Shown here one piece after another: positions 47,404-56,047 of a DNA stretch of 64,000 bases. Source of the stretch: Vampirovibrionales bacterium. Its GTDB lineage: Bacteria > Cyanobacteriota > Vampirovibrionia > Vampirovibrionales > Vampirovibrionaceae. A program made the translations under genes and the position numbers. Positions within the stretch are counted from its first letter, which is position 1. Every line of letters starts with the position of its first letter. Location of the stretch: the NCBI GenBank assembly GCA_039794365.1, contig JBDIVN010000006.1:71390-135389 (forward strand). Direction: 5' to 3'. The notes under the pieces were generated by a model that made no database searches, was not told where the DNA came from, and worked only from the letters and a program-made list of their open reading frames with translations.

Positions 47404-47595
47404 TAGACACACACTCCGGGAAATTGCTCTTTCCAAACTGCTCTTCATGTTTATAAAAACATTAGAGCGTTCGAAATTGCCCGCCCGTTACAAAAGAAGC
47501 TTCTTAAAATTTGACCGGAACGCGGGGGGCCGCGCTCCGGTCATTCACTTCCCAACTTCCAAAAACGGATCTTTCCTCACTTTCCTCACTGAAAC

Positions 47596-47961
47596 CTAGT
47601 AGAAGACATGCCCCTGGGCGATGGCGTTCTCCTCGGAGATCCGGTCCTGTTCGCGCATCCGCTTGAAGCGGTCCAGTTGCACCTCCAGTTTCTCAATCTC
47701 GGCCATGATGGCTTTCAGAATATTGTTGAGCACCGCCAGTTGCGGGAAATAGCTGGACCAGTCGGACACCTGCCTTTTCTCCACCCGGCCCGTGAAATGG
47801 ACCGTATCGCGTGACACCATGAGATCGTTGCTGAGGCTGGCCGCCAACGCGGAGCGCTCGGAGAGCGCATTGTTGAATTGCGATTTCGCATCGCTCAGCG
47901 CGGCAATCGTTGCCAGTTCGCCAAAGAGGATTCCAATACTCACGACCTGTATCTCCCACAC
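47596..47961 (-). CDS. small-protein family member E (C-terminal …AIAQGHVFY)
   Basis: Start uncertain (GTG at 47961 or ATG at 47820); the C-terminal RMREQDR…AQGHVFY aligns with member B. Confidence 0.4.
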   Translation of the reverse strand: MWEIQVVSIGILFGELATIAALSDAKSQFNNALSERSALAASLSNDLMVSRDTVHFTGRVEKRQVSDWSSYFPQLAVLNNILKAIMAEIEKLEVQLDRFKRMREQDRISEENAIAQGHVFY

Positions 47962-48254
47962 AATAGACAGACGTACGGATTTGACTTGTTGAAACGTTAC
48001 GGGGGATCTTGTGCGCTACTTTCGCTTTCCTACCGGTTGCATAAAAACCTGCTTTTGATTTTTTGTGACAGCCTGTTTTGGCAGAGAACGGGGCGTTAGG
48101 CTAAAAACCTCTCCCCGAAAGCCTTTCCCATATTAACTTTTTTAATTTTTATAAGTCTTTTATATTTGCTACAGATGTACCAAATCTATCTTCAGGCGCT
48201 AAAAACCCGCTTGTTTTTCAAGGCGGGTCTGGTGGTATAACGAAAAACCTCGGC

Positions 48255-48560
48255 TTATGCAAAAACGGAGAGGCCGGAACTGATGGCCTGCTGGCGGCGA
48301 GCCGTCTCCTGCTTCTGCCGCTTTCGGGCCGCTTCGGCCATCAGCGAGTGGGCCTCGTACATGGAGGCGTTCAGGTTATTTTTCATCTCCAACTGGGTAT
48401 CCGCCTGGGCAATCTGCCCCAGAAAACGCGGATTGTTGTAGTTGGCGGCGGCACGATTCGCCAGCCCCATGCGGGCTTCGTTATTGCTCTGGATGCCGAA
48501 CGCGGCGTTGTTGGCGCCGTTAATGCCGCTCAGCCCTGAAAACAGCGTAATTGGTGACAT
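48255..48560 (-). CDS. small-protein family member C (C-terminal …ISSGLSVFA)
   Basis: ATG at 48560 with GAAGG upstream; N-terminus MSPITLFSGLSGINGANNAAFG; Asn/Ala-rich. Confidence 0.5.
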   Translation of the reverse strand: MSPITLFSGLSGINGANNAAFGIQSNNEARMGLANRAAANYNNPRFLGQIAQADTQLEMKNNLNASMYEAHSLMAEAARKRQKQETARRQQAISSGLSVFA

Positions 48561-48862
48561 AACAACCCACAGCCTTCTTTCATCTACTCGACGTCTTTAA
48601 GCATTAAACCCGTTTTTCCGATTTTGTTGCCACCTCAAAATGATTCATTTTGTATATACAGACAGCCACCAGCAAGAAATCCGCACGCTACAACTCATAC
48701 CCTGAGAGTGTTCCCAAGATCATAAAAGTTATTCGCTATGGTTTTTCAGAAACATATGCCATAGTGGTTAAAACAACCTCTCAGACTGAAGCGACCCGAT
48801 CCGCCGCCTCAGCGAGGCCATACACACCCACTCCCTGTTTCCAATTCAGGAGTTGTTTTGTC

Positions 48863-50338
48863 ATGACCAATTCTCCAAACCCATACCCCATTAGGCCGGA
48901 AATCGATCCACGGGCTGAATCCGCCTTACCGGTGATTCTGGAAGGAAGCGTCCGCAAACACGAAACCCTTCCGCCAGAAGGACGAAACCGGACGGGCGGA
49001 CTGCTGCAAGCCCTGCTCATGGAGGCCGCCAACATCAAGCAGGCGATCCGTCAGCAGAATGACCACCTGGGTGACGACCCGGATGCGTTCAAGACGTCCG
49101 GCCTGATCCAAATCCCCCGGTTTGAACCCCTGCCCGATGCCGCAGAACTCAACGCCGAACTGGATCGCCGTCAGCCGAACAGAAACACCGGGATGAAGGC
49201 GATTCACAATGCCGTCATCCAGAACGAAATCGAAAAGGAAAAAGCCCGCCGTCAGGCCATCCAGATGGAGGCCGTCGATCAACAGATGGCCCGCCTGGCC
49301 CGCGCCATCGTGGAAACGGCTGAAGCGCAGAAGATGCAGCAGGCCCGCAGCTTCCACCGCCAGCAGGCCACAGCCTTTGATACAATACCGGGAATCATCC
49401 CCGGCTCCCTGGCCCGCCACGGCATCGGCCAGACGAACATACGCCCTTTGATTGCCGAAAGCCTGCCGATTGTTCACGCCATCCCCGGCGCCCAAAAACC
49501 AATCAGCCGCGCCGACTACCTCCGCCAGCAAAACGCCCTCGCCATGGAACGCGCCCAACGCGATGCCCTGTACGCCCAGCAGCGCTATTATGAGGAACAG
49601 ACCCGCCAAGAGCGCGTCCGACGGAATGTGGAATACCAGCAGCGTTTGAGAACCGGAAATCAACAGCAGGCCTTGGCTCAGCCGGTAAAAGTTTTCCCCC
49701 AGGCTCAATCCTCCTCCCCAGTGCCTGGAAGTTATGCTGAGGCTCTTAAAACCCTTGATGCTCTAACTGATAAAATAGATCAGGTAATCGAGAGCCTTCT
49801 TGAAGCAATACCGTTGCCTCCTCAGCAGGCTTATCAAATGGTTCAGGCTGGTCATCTTAGTCAGGTACGAACAAAGCGCGTCTCCCTATGGTATAACTGG
49901 GGCGATATACTAAAGGCTCCCCACGTTACTGCGGGTAATGCAAAGACCATTCCCCTTTCAGCTTACGAAAACGCCGTGGATCTGGCGGAGGCTTTGGACA
50001 GAGTCTGCAATAATCTGGGTTCCAAGGCTCCTATTAATAACTGGATCCGTCCAGGTAATCGCCGCTACCACGGCCAGGGTCTGGCAGTGGATTTTGAAGG
50101 AACGAAGGCCTGGAAAGACGGTCCACTTTATACAGCATTGAGACGAACTCCCGAGATCAAACGTATAGGACAACCTGATAATAACTATCCAGGAATGCAT
50201 GCGGATATTGGCCCTAATGGATGGGTTCCTGGGCGGCAGTTTCTTTTCATTGATAACGGATACTATAAACCTGGACGTGACTATACCGTTCCGGTTTTTA
50301 CTGGGCCACAATCGGCTCGTTTAAGGCCAGGAACGTAA
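48863..50338 (+). CDS. polymorphic-toxin-like protein: coiled-coil N-terminal region plus low-GC C-terminal M15/LAS-type zinc peptidase domain
   Basis: CAGGAG 11 nt before the ATG at 48863. C-terminal …RYHGQGLAVDF…GMHADIGP matches the H..G.AVD / H.D signature of M15 D-Ala-D-Ala carboxypeptidase-like peptidases. GC drops from about 62% to about 47% at about 49.71 kb. Confidence 0.55.
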   Translation: MTNSPNPYPIRPEIDPRAESALPVILEGSVRKHETLPPEGRNRTGGLLQALLMEAANIKQAIRQQNDHLGDDPDAFKTSGLIQIPRFEPLPDAAELNAELDRRQPNRNTGMKAIHNAVIQNEIEKEKARRQAIQMEAVDQQMARLARAIVETAEAQKMQQARSFHRQQATAFDTIPGIIPGSLARHGIGQTNIRPLIAESLPIVHAIPGAQKPISRADYLRQQNALAMERAQRDALYAQQRYYEEQTRQERVRRNVEYQQRLRTGNQQQALAQPVKVFPQAQSSSPVPGSYAEALKTLDALTDKIDQVIESLLEAIPLPPQQAYQMVQAGHLSQVRTKRVSLWYNWGDILKAPHVTAGNAKTIPLSAYENAVDLAEALDRVCNNLGSKAPINNWIRPGNRRYHGQGLAVDFEGTKAWKDGPLYTALRRTPEIKRIGQPDNNYPGMHADIGPNGWVPGRQFLFIDNGYYKPGRDYTVPVFTGPQSARLRPGT

Positions 50339-50340
50339 AT

Positions 50341-50673
50341 CTAGTCATTAGCAATATAGCTCTGAACAATACTACTAACCTCATTTTTACAGAAGTCAGA
50401 ATGGAGGGAAATTTCACCATTGGCATCAAAGCATCTGTCAGAAACAGCTTTCGCTCTTTTACTCCACTGCATGTCTTGTCCGGAATTAACACCACACTTT
50501 TCAAGCGCTTTTCTCATATCAAAGAGTGAATCCGCTTGTTTTTGAATAGTTTCCTGTTGTTCAATACGGTCTCTATGTAACCGTTCAACTTCATTTCTAC
50601 CCGTCCAAATGGTAACTATCATGCCTACTAGAAGCGCAGCAATCATAATATTTTTGATCACTTGGAACCTCAT
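50341..50673 (-). CDS. low-GC small membrane-anchored Cys-containing protein (candidate immunity protein)
   Basis: 110 aa with an N-terminal TM segment (IMIAALLVGMIVTIW) and 3 Cys; about 40% GC; stop lies 3 nt from the toxin stop, convergent. Confidence 0.45.
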   Translation of the reverse strand: MRFQVIKNIMIAALLVGMIVTIWTGRNEVERLHRDRIEQQETIQKQADSLFDMRKALEKCGVNSGQDMQWSKRAKAVSDRCFDANGEISLHSDFCKNEVSSIVQSYIAND

Positions 50674-50746
50674 ACCCGCCGAGTAACAACTCTATTTACC
50701 CATTCTACTAAGTAATTAGCACCATACAAGGCATAAATATTCGGCT

Positions 50747-51628
50747 TTGCTCAATATGATCACCACTGATGAGCACCGGGAACTGACCGTGGGCCTCAAG
50801 GCGGAAGTCGCCAAAAACTGGCTGCTGAACGATGGCCGCTCACTCGAAGATGGCCGTTGGGAGTACCGGGGTCAGGCGATGGATAACATCGAAGACGCCC
50901 AGTTGCTTGCCTATGCCGACGTAAAGAACGTCGAAGACACTGGCCGTCATCTGACCTCGGCCCAGTTGCAGAAAGCAGCGCTGGATATCGCTATGGGCGC
51001 TTATAAACTCTGGATCGGCGACGATATCAACACCCTGCTCGATCCTGAAGCTAATCTGCTGGAGAAAACCTGGTCCGGCATCTCCCTGGCCTCCAACTTC
51101 ATCCCCGGCGCTGCCATAGGTAAGCTGGGGCTGAAGACAATCACGGCCTTTAGAAGACTCAGAGGCATCACCAAGGCCAGTGGCAAGATTCCGGCGAATA
51201 TAGCCCGAAGTCCTCGAGCCCTTCGGCAGCTTCAGCAGAAAATGAAGCTGACCGACGCTCAAATTGCCGCTTTCAAAAAAGATCCCACAAAATTCAGAAA
51301 CGGACGATTTGAGCACATCGAAGTCTACAAGGGACCGAAAGACACTGCAATTTTTCGGACTAAGATAAAATCCAATATTGCAGATGGCTCTCATACGGTT
51401 AGAGAGTACCTAGTAGATAAAAATGGAAAGCTCTTGTTTCAAGCGCATAAAACTCAACTGAGAAACGGCTCTTTTCGTCATTGGCGAATCGATCAAGAAG
51501 GACCTTTTTCGGAACTTTTTCAAAAAGCAGCTAGGCGTGGCCAAAAGGTAAAGCCACAAATTGATGGACCCTTCGAAGATGAATATTACAATACTTGGCA
51601 ACAAATATTAGACAAGGTAGGAGAATAA
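50747..51628 (+). CDS. orphan polymorphic-toxin C-terminal module (conserved pretoxin segment plus low-GC toxin tip)
   Basis: 293 aa. The first about 150 codons are at genome-like GC and the last about 140 at about 42% GC. No secretion domain; followed by a translationally coupled small gene. Confidence 0.45.
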   Translation: MLNMITTDEHRELTVGLKAEVAKNWLLNDGRSLEDGRWEYRGQAMDNIEDAQLLAYADVKNVEDTGRHLTSAQLQKAALDIAMGAYKLWIGDDINTLLDPEANLLEKTWSGISLASNFIPGAAIGKLGLKTITAFRRLRGITKASGKIPANIARSPRALRQLQQKMKLTDAQIAAFKKDPTKFRNGRFEHIEVYKGPKDTAIFRTKIKSNIADGSHTVREYLVDKNGKLLFQAHKTQLRNGSFRHWRIDQEGPFSELFQKAARRGQKVKPQIDGPFEDEYYNTWQQILDKVGE

Positions 51629-51629
51629 T

Positions 51630-52025
51630 ATGGAAACGGAAAAAGAGATTCTGGATTCATTGGTTGCTTTTAACCGGCCCTTAGAGGAATTGGTGCCTTT
51701 AGTATGGCCGCTTAAGTTTCGGTATTCCGCTCCCATTACCCACATTACCCGGCAGGATATTATTTCAGTGATGAATCGTTATCTGGCCGGAGAATTTGAC
51801 GGAGATACGCTGGAATTTTGGGCCGATCTCGTCTTTGATCGCCTCTTTTATGATGTACCGACCAGTGGCCCCCTCGAAATGGAAACAAACTATACAGATG
51901 CCATTGACAATGTGTTGGAAATTCTGACATATGAGCCTGAGCGGGGGCATCCACACACGCCGGAGTTTATCCGTCAGCTTATTGACGAACTGGAAAACGC
52001 CAAGCTTGACCCTGTGGAGGCTTGA
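51630..52025 (+). CDS. candidate immunity protein (acidic, 131 aa)
   Basis: ATG lies 1 nt after the stop of 50747..51628 (TAATATG); acidic with no TM; paralog at 52276..52692. Confidence 0.45.
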   Translation: METEKEILDSLVAFNRPLEELVPLVWPLKFRYSAPITHITRQDIISVMNRYLAGEFDGDTLEFWADLVFDRLFYDVPTSGPLEMETNYTDAIDNVLEILTYEPERGHPHTPEFIRQLIDELENAKLDPVEA

Positions 52026-52074
52026 TTCAATCTGCACATTTAAAAACCGAATAGAATAGGCAAGTATCAAGAGA

Positions 52075-52108
52075 GCGGCTGATGGAACCTTCCATCAGCC
52101 TTTTTTTA
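52075..52108 (+). terminator. rho-independent terminator
   Basis: GGCTGATGGA-ACCT-TCCATCAGCC stem-loop followed by T7. Confidence 0.7.
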
Positions 52109-52275
52109 GGTCCACCCATTCCTATGAGATTTTTGTTCCCCTTGTACAGGATATTTTGGTAAAATAGACAAAGAACCTTTCGAGGTTTTCTGATTAGGGA
52201 GAAGATTTAACGTTCAGTGGGTGAATACGGGATTATATTGGAGAATGCGAAGTCTCTAAGTGTAATCTCGAGAAT

Positions 52276-52692
52276 ATGGCGTGGTTAGAAAGGAGCCCGG
52301 TGGTGATCGCTGAAGACAAAATAAAGCCGGTGGTTCAGGCCTTTGTGAAACAGGGAGGGTATCCCTCTCCCGAGGATCGCAAAAATGTCTGGCAGTTTCA
52401 TGAGCGGAACTGTCCTGAACATGCCTTTGTCATCGCGACTCGAGCCGATGTGATTCGGGAAGCAGACCGGTTTCTGAATCAGGAAATCACCGGTGCAGAC
52501 CTGGCGGCATGGGCTGATGGCATTATTTTCCTGGCCGGTGGCGGCCTGGTTGAATATGACCCGGATTACCGGGACGAGATTGTCAACGCCCTGGAAGAAT
52601 TGGCAAGTGAAGAAGAAAACCTGACGCTTGAAGTCATAACGCGAGTCAAGAAGTCTTCCATAGAGAACGGTGAGATGAATTTCAGTTTTTAA
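52276..52692 (+). CDS. orphan immunity-like protein, paralog of 51630..52025
   Basis: Shared block YLAGEFDGDTLEFWADLVF vs FLNQEITGADLAAWADGIIF; its 3' flank and terminator are a diverged copy of 52035-52108. Confidence 0.45.
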   Translation: MAWLERSPVVIAEDKIKPVVQAFVKQGGYPSPEDRKNVWQFHERNCPEHAFVIATRADVIREADRFLNQEITGADLAAWADGIIFLAGGGLVEYDPDYRDEIVNALEELASEEENLTLEVITRVKKSSIENGEMNFSF

Positions 52693-52726
52693 AAACCGGA
52701 TAGAGCAGGTAAGTACCCAGGAGAGC

Positions 52727-52756
52727 AGCTGATGGAAATTCCATCAGCTTTTTTAC
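52727..52756 (+). terminator. rho-independent terminator (duplicate of 52075-52108)
   Basis: AGCTGATGGA-AAT-TCCATCAGCT followed by T6. Confidence 0.65.
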
Positions 52757-52757
52757 G

Positions 52758-53540
52758 TTATTCAAATTCGTCGAAGTCATCCGGCTCCTGGGGGATTTCG
52801 TCGGGGAGGGCGTCCATGACTTCCAGGGCCATCTTGGCGGCGGCCTGCTGGGCCTCCTTCTTGGAGGCGCCCTTGCCGTAACCCATCACCTCGTCATTGA
52901 TCAGCACCTCGATATAAAACGTCTTCTTGTGGGCGGGGCCGCTTTCGCGGGCCGTGCGATAAACGGGCAGGCCGTCGCCTTCGGCCTGGGTCAGCTCCTG
53001 CAGCACCGCCTTGAAGTTGTCCTTCGTGGGGCTTAAGTCCACCTGGGTCACTTCGTCTTCGAGTACTCGCAGGAGCATCTCGCGGGCCGCCGCCATCTTG
53101 CCGTCGAGAAACAGGGCGCCCAGCAGGGACTCGAATCCGCAGGCCAGGTTGGAGGTTTTCTTGCGTCCCCCGCTTCTCGCCTCGCTGACGCCAAAAATCA
53201 TGTATTCCCCCAGGTTCAGCTGCTGGGCGAATTTGGCAAGGGTGGCATCGCTGACGATGACCGCGCGAATCTTGGTGAGTTCGCCCTCGCGGTAATCGGG
53301 AAAGCGTTCAAAAATATACTCGCTGACGATGAGCTTGAGCACCGCGTCACCGAGAAACTCCAGGCGCTCGTAGTTTTCAAGGTGCGAAAGCTTGTTCTCG
53401 TAAGTATAGGAACTGTGGGTCAGCGCCCGGTCATAGATTTCGTAGATGCTTTCATGGGACGGCAGATCGATGCCCAGACTGTCGAGCAGTTCGTCAATCT
53501 GGCGCATGCGTGATTCGTCAATGCCGTAAGGATAGGTCAT
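52758..53540 (-). CDS. rnc: ribonuclease III
   Basis: RNase III signature (ERLEFLGDAVL) plus the C-terminal dsRBD. Confidence 0.9.
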   Translation of the reverse strand: MTYPYGIDESRMRQIDELLDSLGIDLPSHESIYEIYDRALTHSSYTYENKLSHLENYERLEFLGDAVLKLIVSEYIFERFPDYREGELTKIRAVIVSDATLAKFAQQLNLGEYMIFGVSEARSGGRKKTSNLACGFESLLGALFLDGKMAAAREMLLRVLEDEVTQVDLSPTKDNFKAVLQELTQAEGDGLPVYRTARESGPAHKKTFYIEVLINDEVMGYGKGASKKEAQQAAAKMALEVMDALPDEIPQEPDDFDEFE

Positions 53541-53594
53541 CGCGAGCGTCCCATATTCCCAAGGCCCTTAAAATCTTAAAATATGGACCGCTTT

Positions 53595-54461
53595 TCAGGG
53601 AAACAGGGGAAGGAGATCTTTGACCAGCCCCTGCTGAAGAACGACCCAATGAATATAATAATACGAGATTGCGCCGCAGAAAAGATAACTGTCCAGACGG
53701 TCCAGCAGCCCGCCGTGCCCCTGGAAGAGTCCGCCGGAATCCTTCACCCCGGCATCCCGCTTGATGAGGGATTCGGCCAGGTCGCCCAGCTGAGAGACCA
53801 CCACCAACAGGACACTGAGGAGCAAGGCATGGAGCCAGTTGAAATACGCCAGGAAGGCAAAGCCGGTGCCGGCGATAATGCCCACAACCAGCCCGCCGAT
53901 GGCTCCCTCTGTGGTTTTCTTGGGGCTGATTTCCGGGTAGAGCGGGTGTCTGCCCATCAGTTTGCCCACGTAATACGCCCCCACATCGGACATACTGATG
54001 ACGAGCACCGTGAAAAAGACGTAGTAGGCACCCTCGGCAGAAACGTTGCGCAGCAGAATAAAGTGCATGGGCAGGAAGGCCACGTAAAAGATGGCCAGAA
54101 ACGTGGCGCCAATGTCGTTGATCGTGGCACGGGGTTTGCGAAACAGCAGCCGGATGAAGCTGCCGATAATCCCCAGGGTGATCATGGGCAGGAAGTACTG
54201 GGTCTTGTCGAAGTGGGCCAGGAGGATCAGCGCAATGCCGGTGGTCAGGACGATCAGCTGGGAAGGCCGGATATCCTTGGCCTTCATGATGGAGGTCAGC
54301 TCCCGGAACCCCTGGTAGAGGGTAAACAGAACCGCGCCGGTCCAGACCCAGCCGCCGGTAAAGATCAGGGTCGCCATCACGCAACCCAGCAGGATTCCCA
54401 TCCCCACCCGGCGGCCTTTGCGCGGAGCAGCGGGAGGCGTCGCCAGTTGTTCTTCTGTCAT
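53595..54461 (-). CDS. cdsA: phosphatidate cytidylyltransferase
   Basis: 288-aa multipass membrane protein with the C-terminal CTP-transferase signature (…GHGG..DR.DS…). Confidence 0.85.
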   Translation of the reverse strand: MTEEQLATPPAAPRKGRRVGMGILLGCVMATLIFTGGWVWTGAVLFTLYQGFRELTSIMKAKDIRPSQLIVLTTGIALILLAHFDKTQYFLPMITLGIIGSFIRLLFRKPRATINDIGATFLAIFYVAFLPMHFILLRNVSAEGAYYVFFTVLVISMSDVGAYYVGKLMGRHPLYPEISPKKTTEGAIGGLVVGIIAGTGFAFLAYFNWLHALLLSVLLVVVSQLGDLAESLIKRDAGVKDSGGLFQGHGGLLDRLDSYLFCGAISYYYIHWVVLQQGLVKDLLPLFP

Positions 54462-54486
54462 AAGGGCCTCCGCGCGATCGGATGGA

Positions 54487-55050
54487 TCAGATTTCCATCA
54501 CTTCCTTTTCTTTTTCCGCCACCAGCCGGTCCAGTTCCGCCGTATAGCGATCCGTCAGCTTCTGGATCTGCTCCTGCCGGGACTTGAACTCGTCTTCGGG
54601 CAGGTTCTCTTCCTTCTGAGCCTTGTCCAGCTCGTTGCTGGCATCGCGGCGGATGTTGCGGATGGCAATCTTGCCGTCCTCGCCCATCTTCTTCACCAGC
54701 TTGGACATTTCCTTGCGCCGTTCTTCCGTCAGCGGCGGCACGTTAAGGCGGATGACGGACCCGTCATTGTTTGGGGGCAGGCCGAGTTCGGATTTGGCGA
54801 TGGCCTTCTCGATCTCACCGAGCATGGACTTGTCGTAGGGCTGGATCACGATGGTCGTCCCGCCCTGGACGGAGACGTTGGACATCTGCCGCACCGGCGT
54901 GGGCGTGCCGTAGTAGTCCACCTGGACCCGGTCCAGCATCAGGGGGTTGGCCCGTCCGGTGCGCACCGTTCCCATCTCATTCTGGGTGGCGGCCACCGCC
55001 TTTTTCATTTTTTCCTCTGCCGTCGCATGTATCTCGTCAACGCTGACCAT
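54487..55050 (-). CDS. frr: ribosome recycling factor
   Basis: 187-aa RRF consensus (…RTGRANP..LD.V.VDYYG..TP…). Confidence 0.9.
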   Translation of the reverse strand: MVSVDEIHATAEEKMKKAVAATQNEMGTVRTGRANPLMLDRVQVDYYGTPTPVRQMSNVSVQGGTTIVIQPYDKSMLGEIEKAIAKSELGLPPNNDGSVIRLNVPPLTEERRKEMSKLVKKMGEDGKIAIRNIRRDASNELDKAQKEENLPEDEFKSRQEQIQKLTDRYTAELDRLVAEKEKEVMEI

Positions 55051-55220
55051 CGTGCTGTTTCCCTGTCTCTCCGATATAAAGTACCCGACATCTTAATCAA
55101 GATCCCCTGCCGGTTCAAGCGTTTCGACTTGTTAATGTAAACCCAGGGTTTACTTGCCGGGGGCGGCCCGGTTTCCTATGATGGAAGGCAGTCGCATCCG
55201 AGATAGAGAGAGTCAGAGAC

Positions 55221-55895
55221 ATGCAGCAATCACTGTTCGGCAGTGTCGTACTCAGCGGAGAGGACGAGGCCGCCCCAAAACTTTCCCCGCTGGCTTCGGC
55301 GATTGAAGACGCCGTTTTTACGGTCATCGACCTGGAAACCACCGGCCTCAACGCCCGAAAGAATGCCATCACGGAGATCGTGGCCATCCAGTACAAAAAC
55401 GGCGAGGAAATGGGCAAATACGCAACGCTGGTAAAACCCACCGAGCCGATTCCCCCTGAGGTCGAGGCCATTACCGGCATCAGCAACGACATGGTCGCCC
55501 AGGCCCCGGCCCTGGTCATGGCGCTCAGCGAACTCTGCGGTTTTGTCGGCACAAGCCCCCTGATCGTCGGACACAATGTAGCCTTCGATCTCAACTTTCT
55601 GCGGGAAAAGCTGGATACCAGCGGTCTTTCACCTTTTATCACCCGGTTTGATCCGGCGACGGCTTTTTGTACTAAAATATTGGCGCAGAAGGTCCTACCC
55701 GGCCTTCCCAGTTACGAGGGGATCGTCGTCGCCAACCAGTGCGGTGTCATCAATGACAACCCCCACCGGGCGGAGTACGACGTGCGCATGAGCGCCGGCA
55801 TATTATTCTCACTCATCCGGCGCCTCAGGGAGCGGCAACACCCGATCCAATCCGTTGAGGATCTGCTTTGCTATCAGGGGGCTATCTTGCTGTAA
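55221..55895 (+). CDS. DnaQ-like (DEDDh) 3'-5' exonuclease
   Basis: Exo I DLETTG, Exo II GHNVAFD, Exo III H..EYD motifs. Confidence 0.8.
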   Translation: MQQSLFGSVVLSGEDEAAPKLSPLASAIEDAVFTVIDLETTGLNARKNAITEIVAIQYKNGEEMGKYATLVKPTEPIPPEVEAITGISNDMVAQAPALVMALSELCGFVGTSPLIVGHNVAFDLNFLREKLDTSGLSPFITRFDPATAFCTKILAQKVLPGLPSYEGIVVANQCGVINDNPHRAEYDVRMSAGILFSLIRRLRERQHPIQSVEDLLCYQGAILL

Positions 55896-56047
55896 ACACA
55901 TCCACCGTGCCGTCGGCACGGCGACTGCCCCTGAAACAACCTGCCTTCGGCAAGCCCATCGATCTCAGACCTCCAGTAAATACACCTCAAAAGCCCGTTT
56001 CGCTGTTTCAGCGGCTCCGGGCTTTATTTTTTACGGGCATCCAGCGC

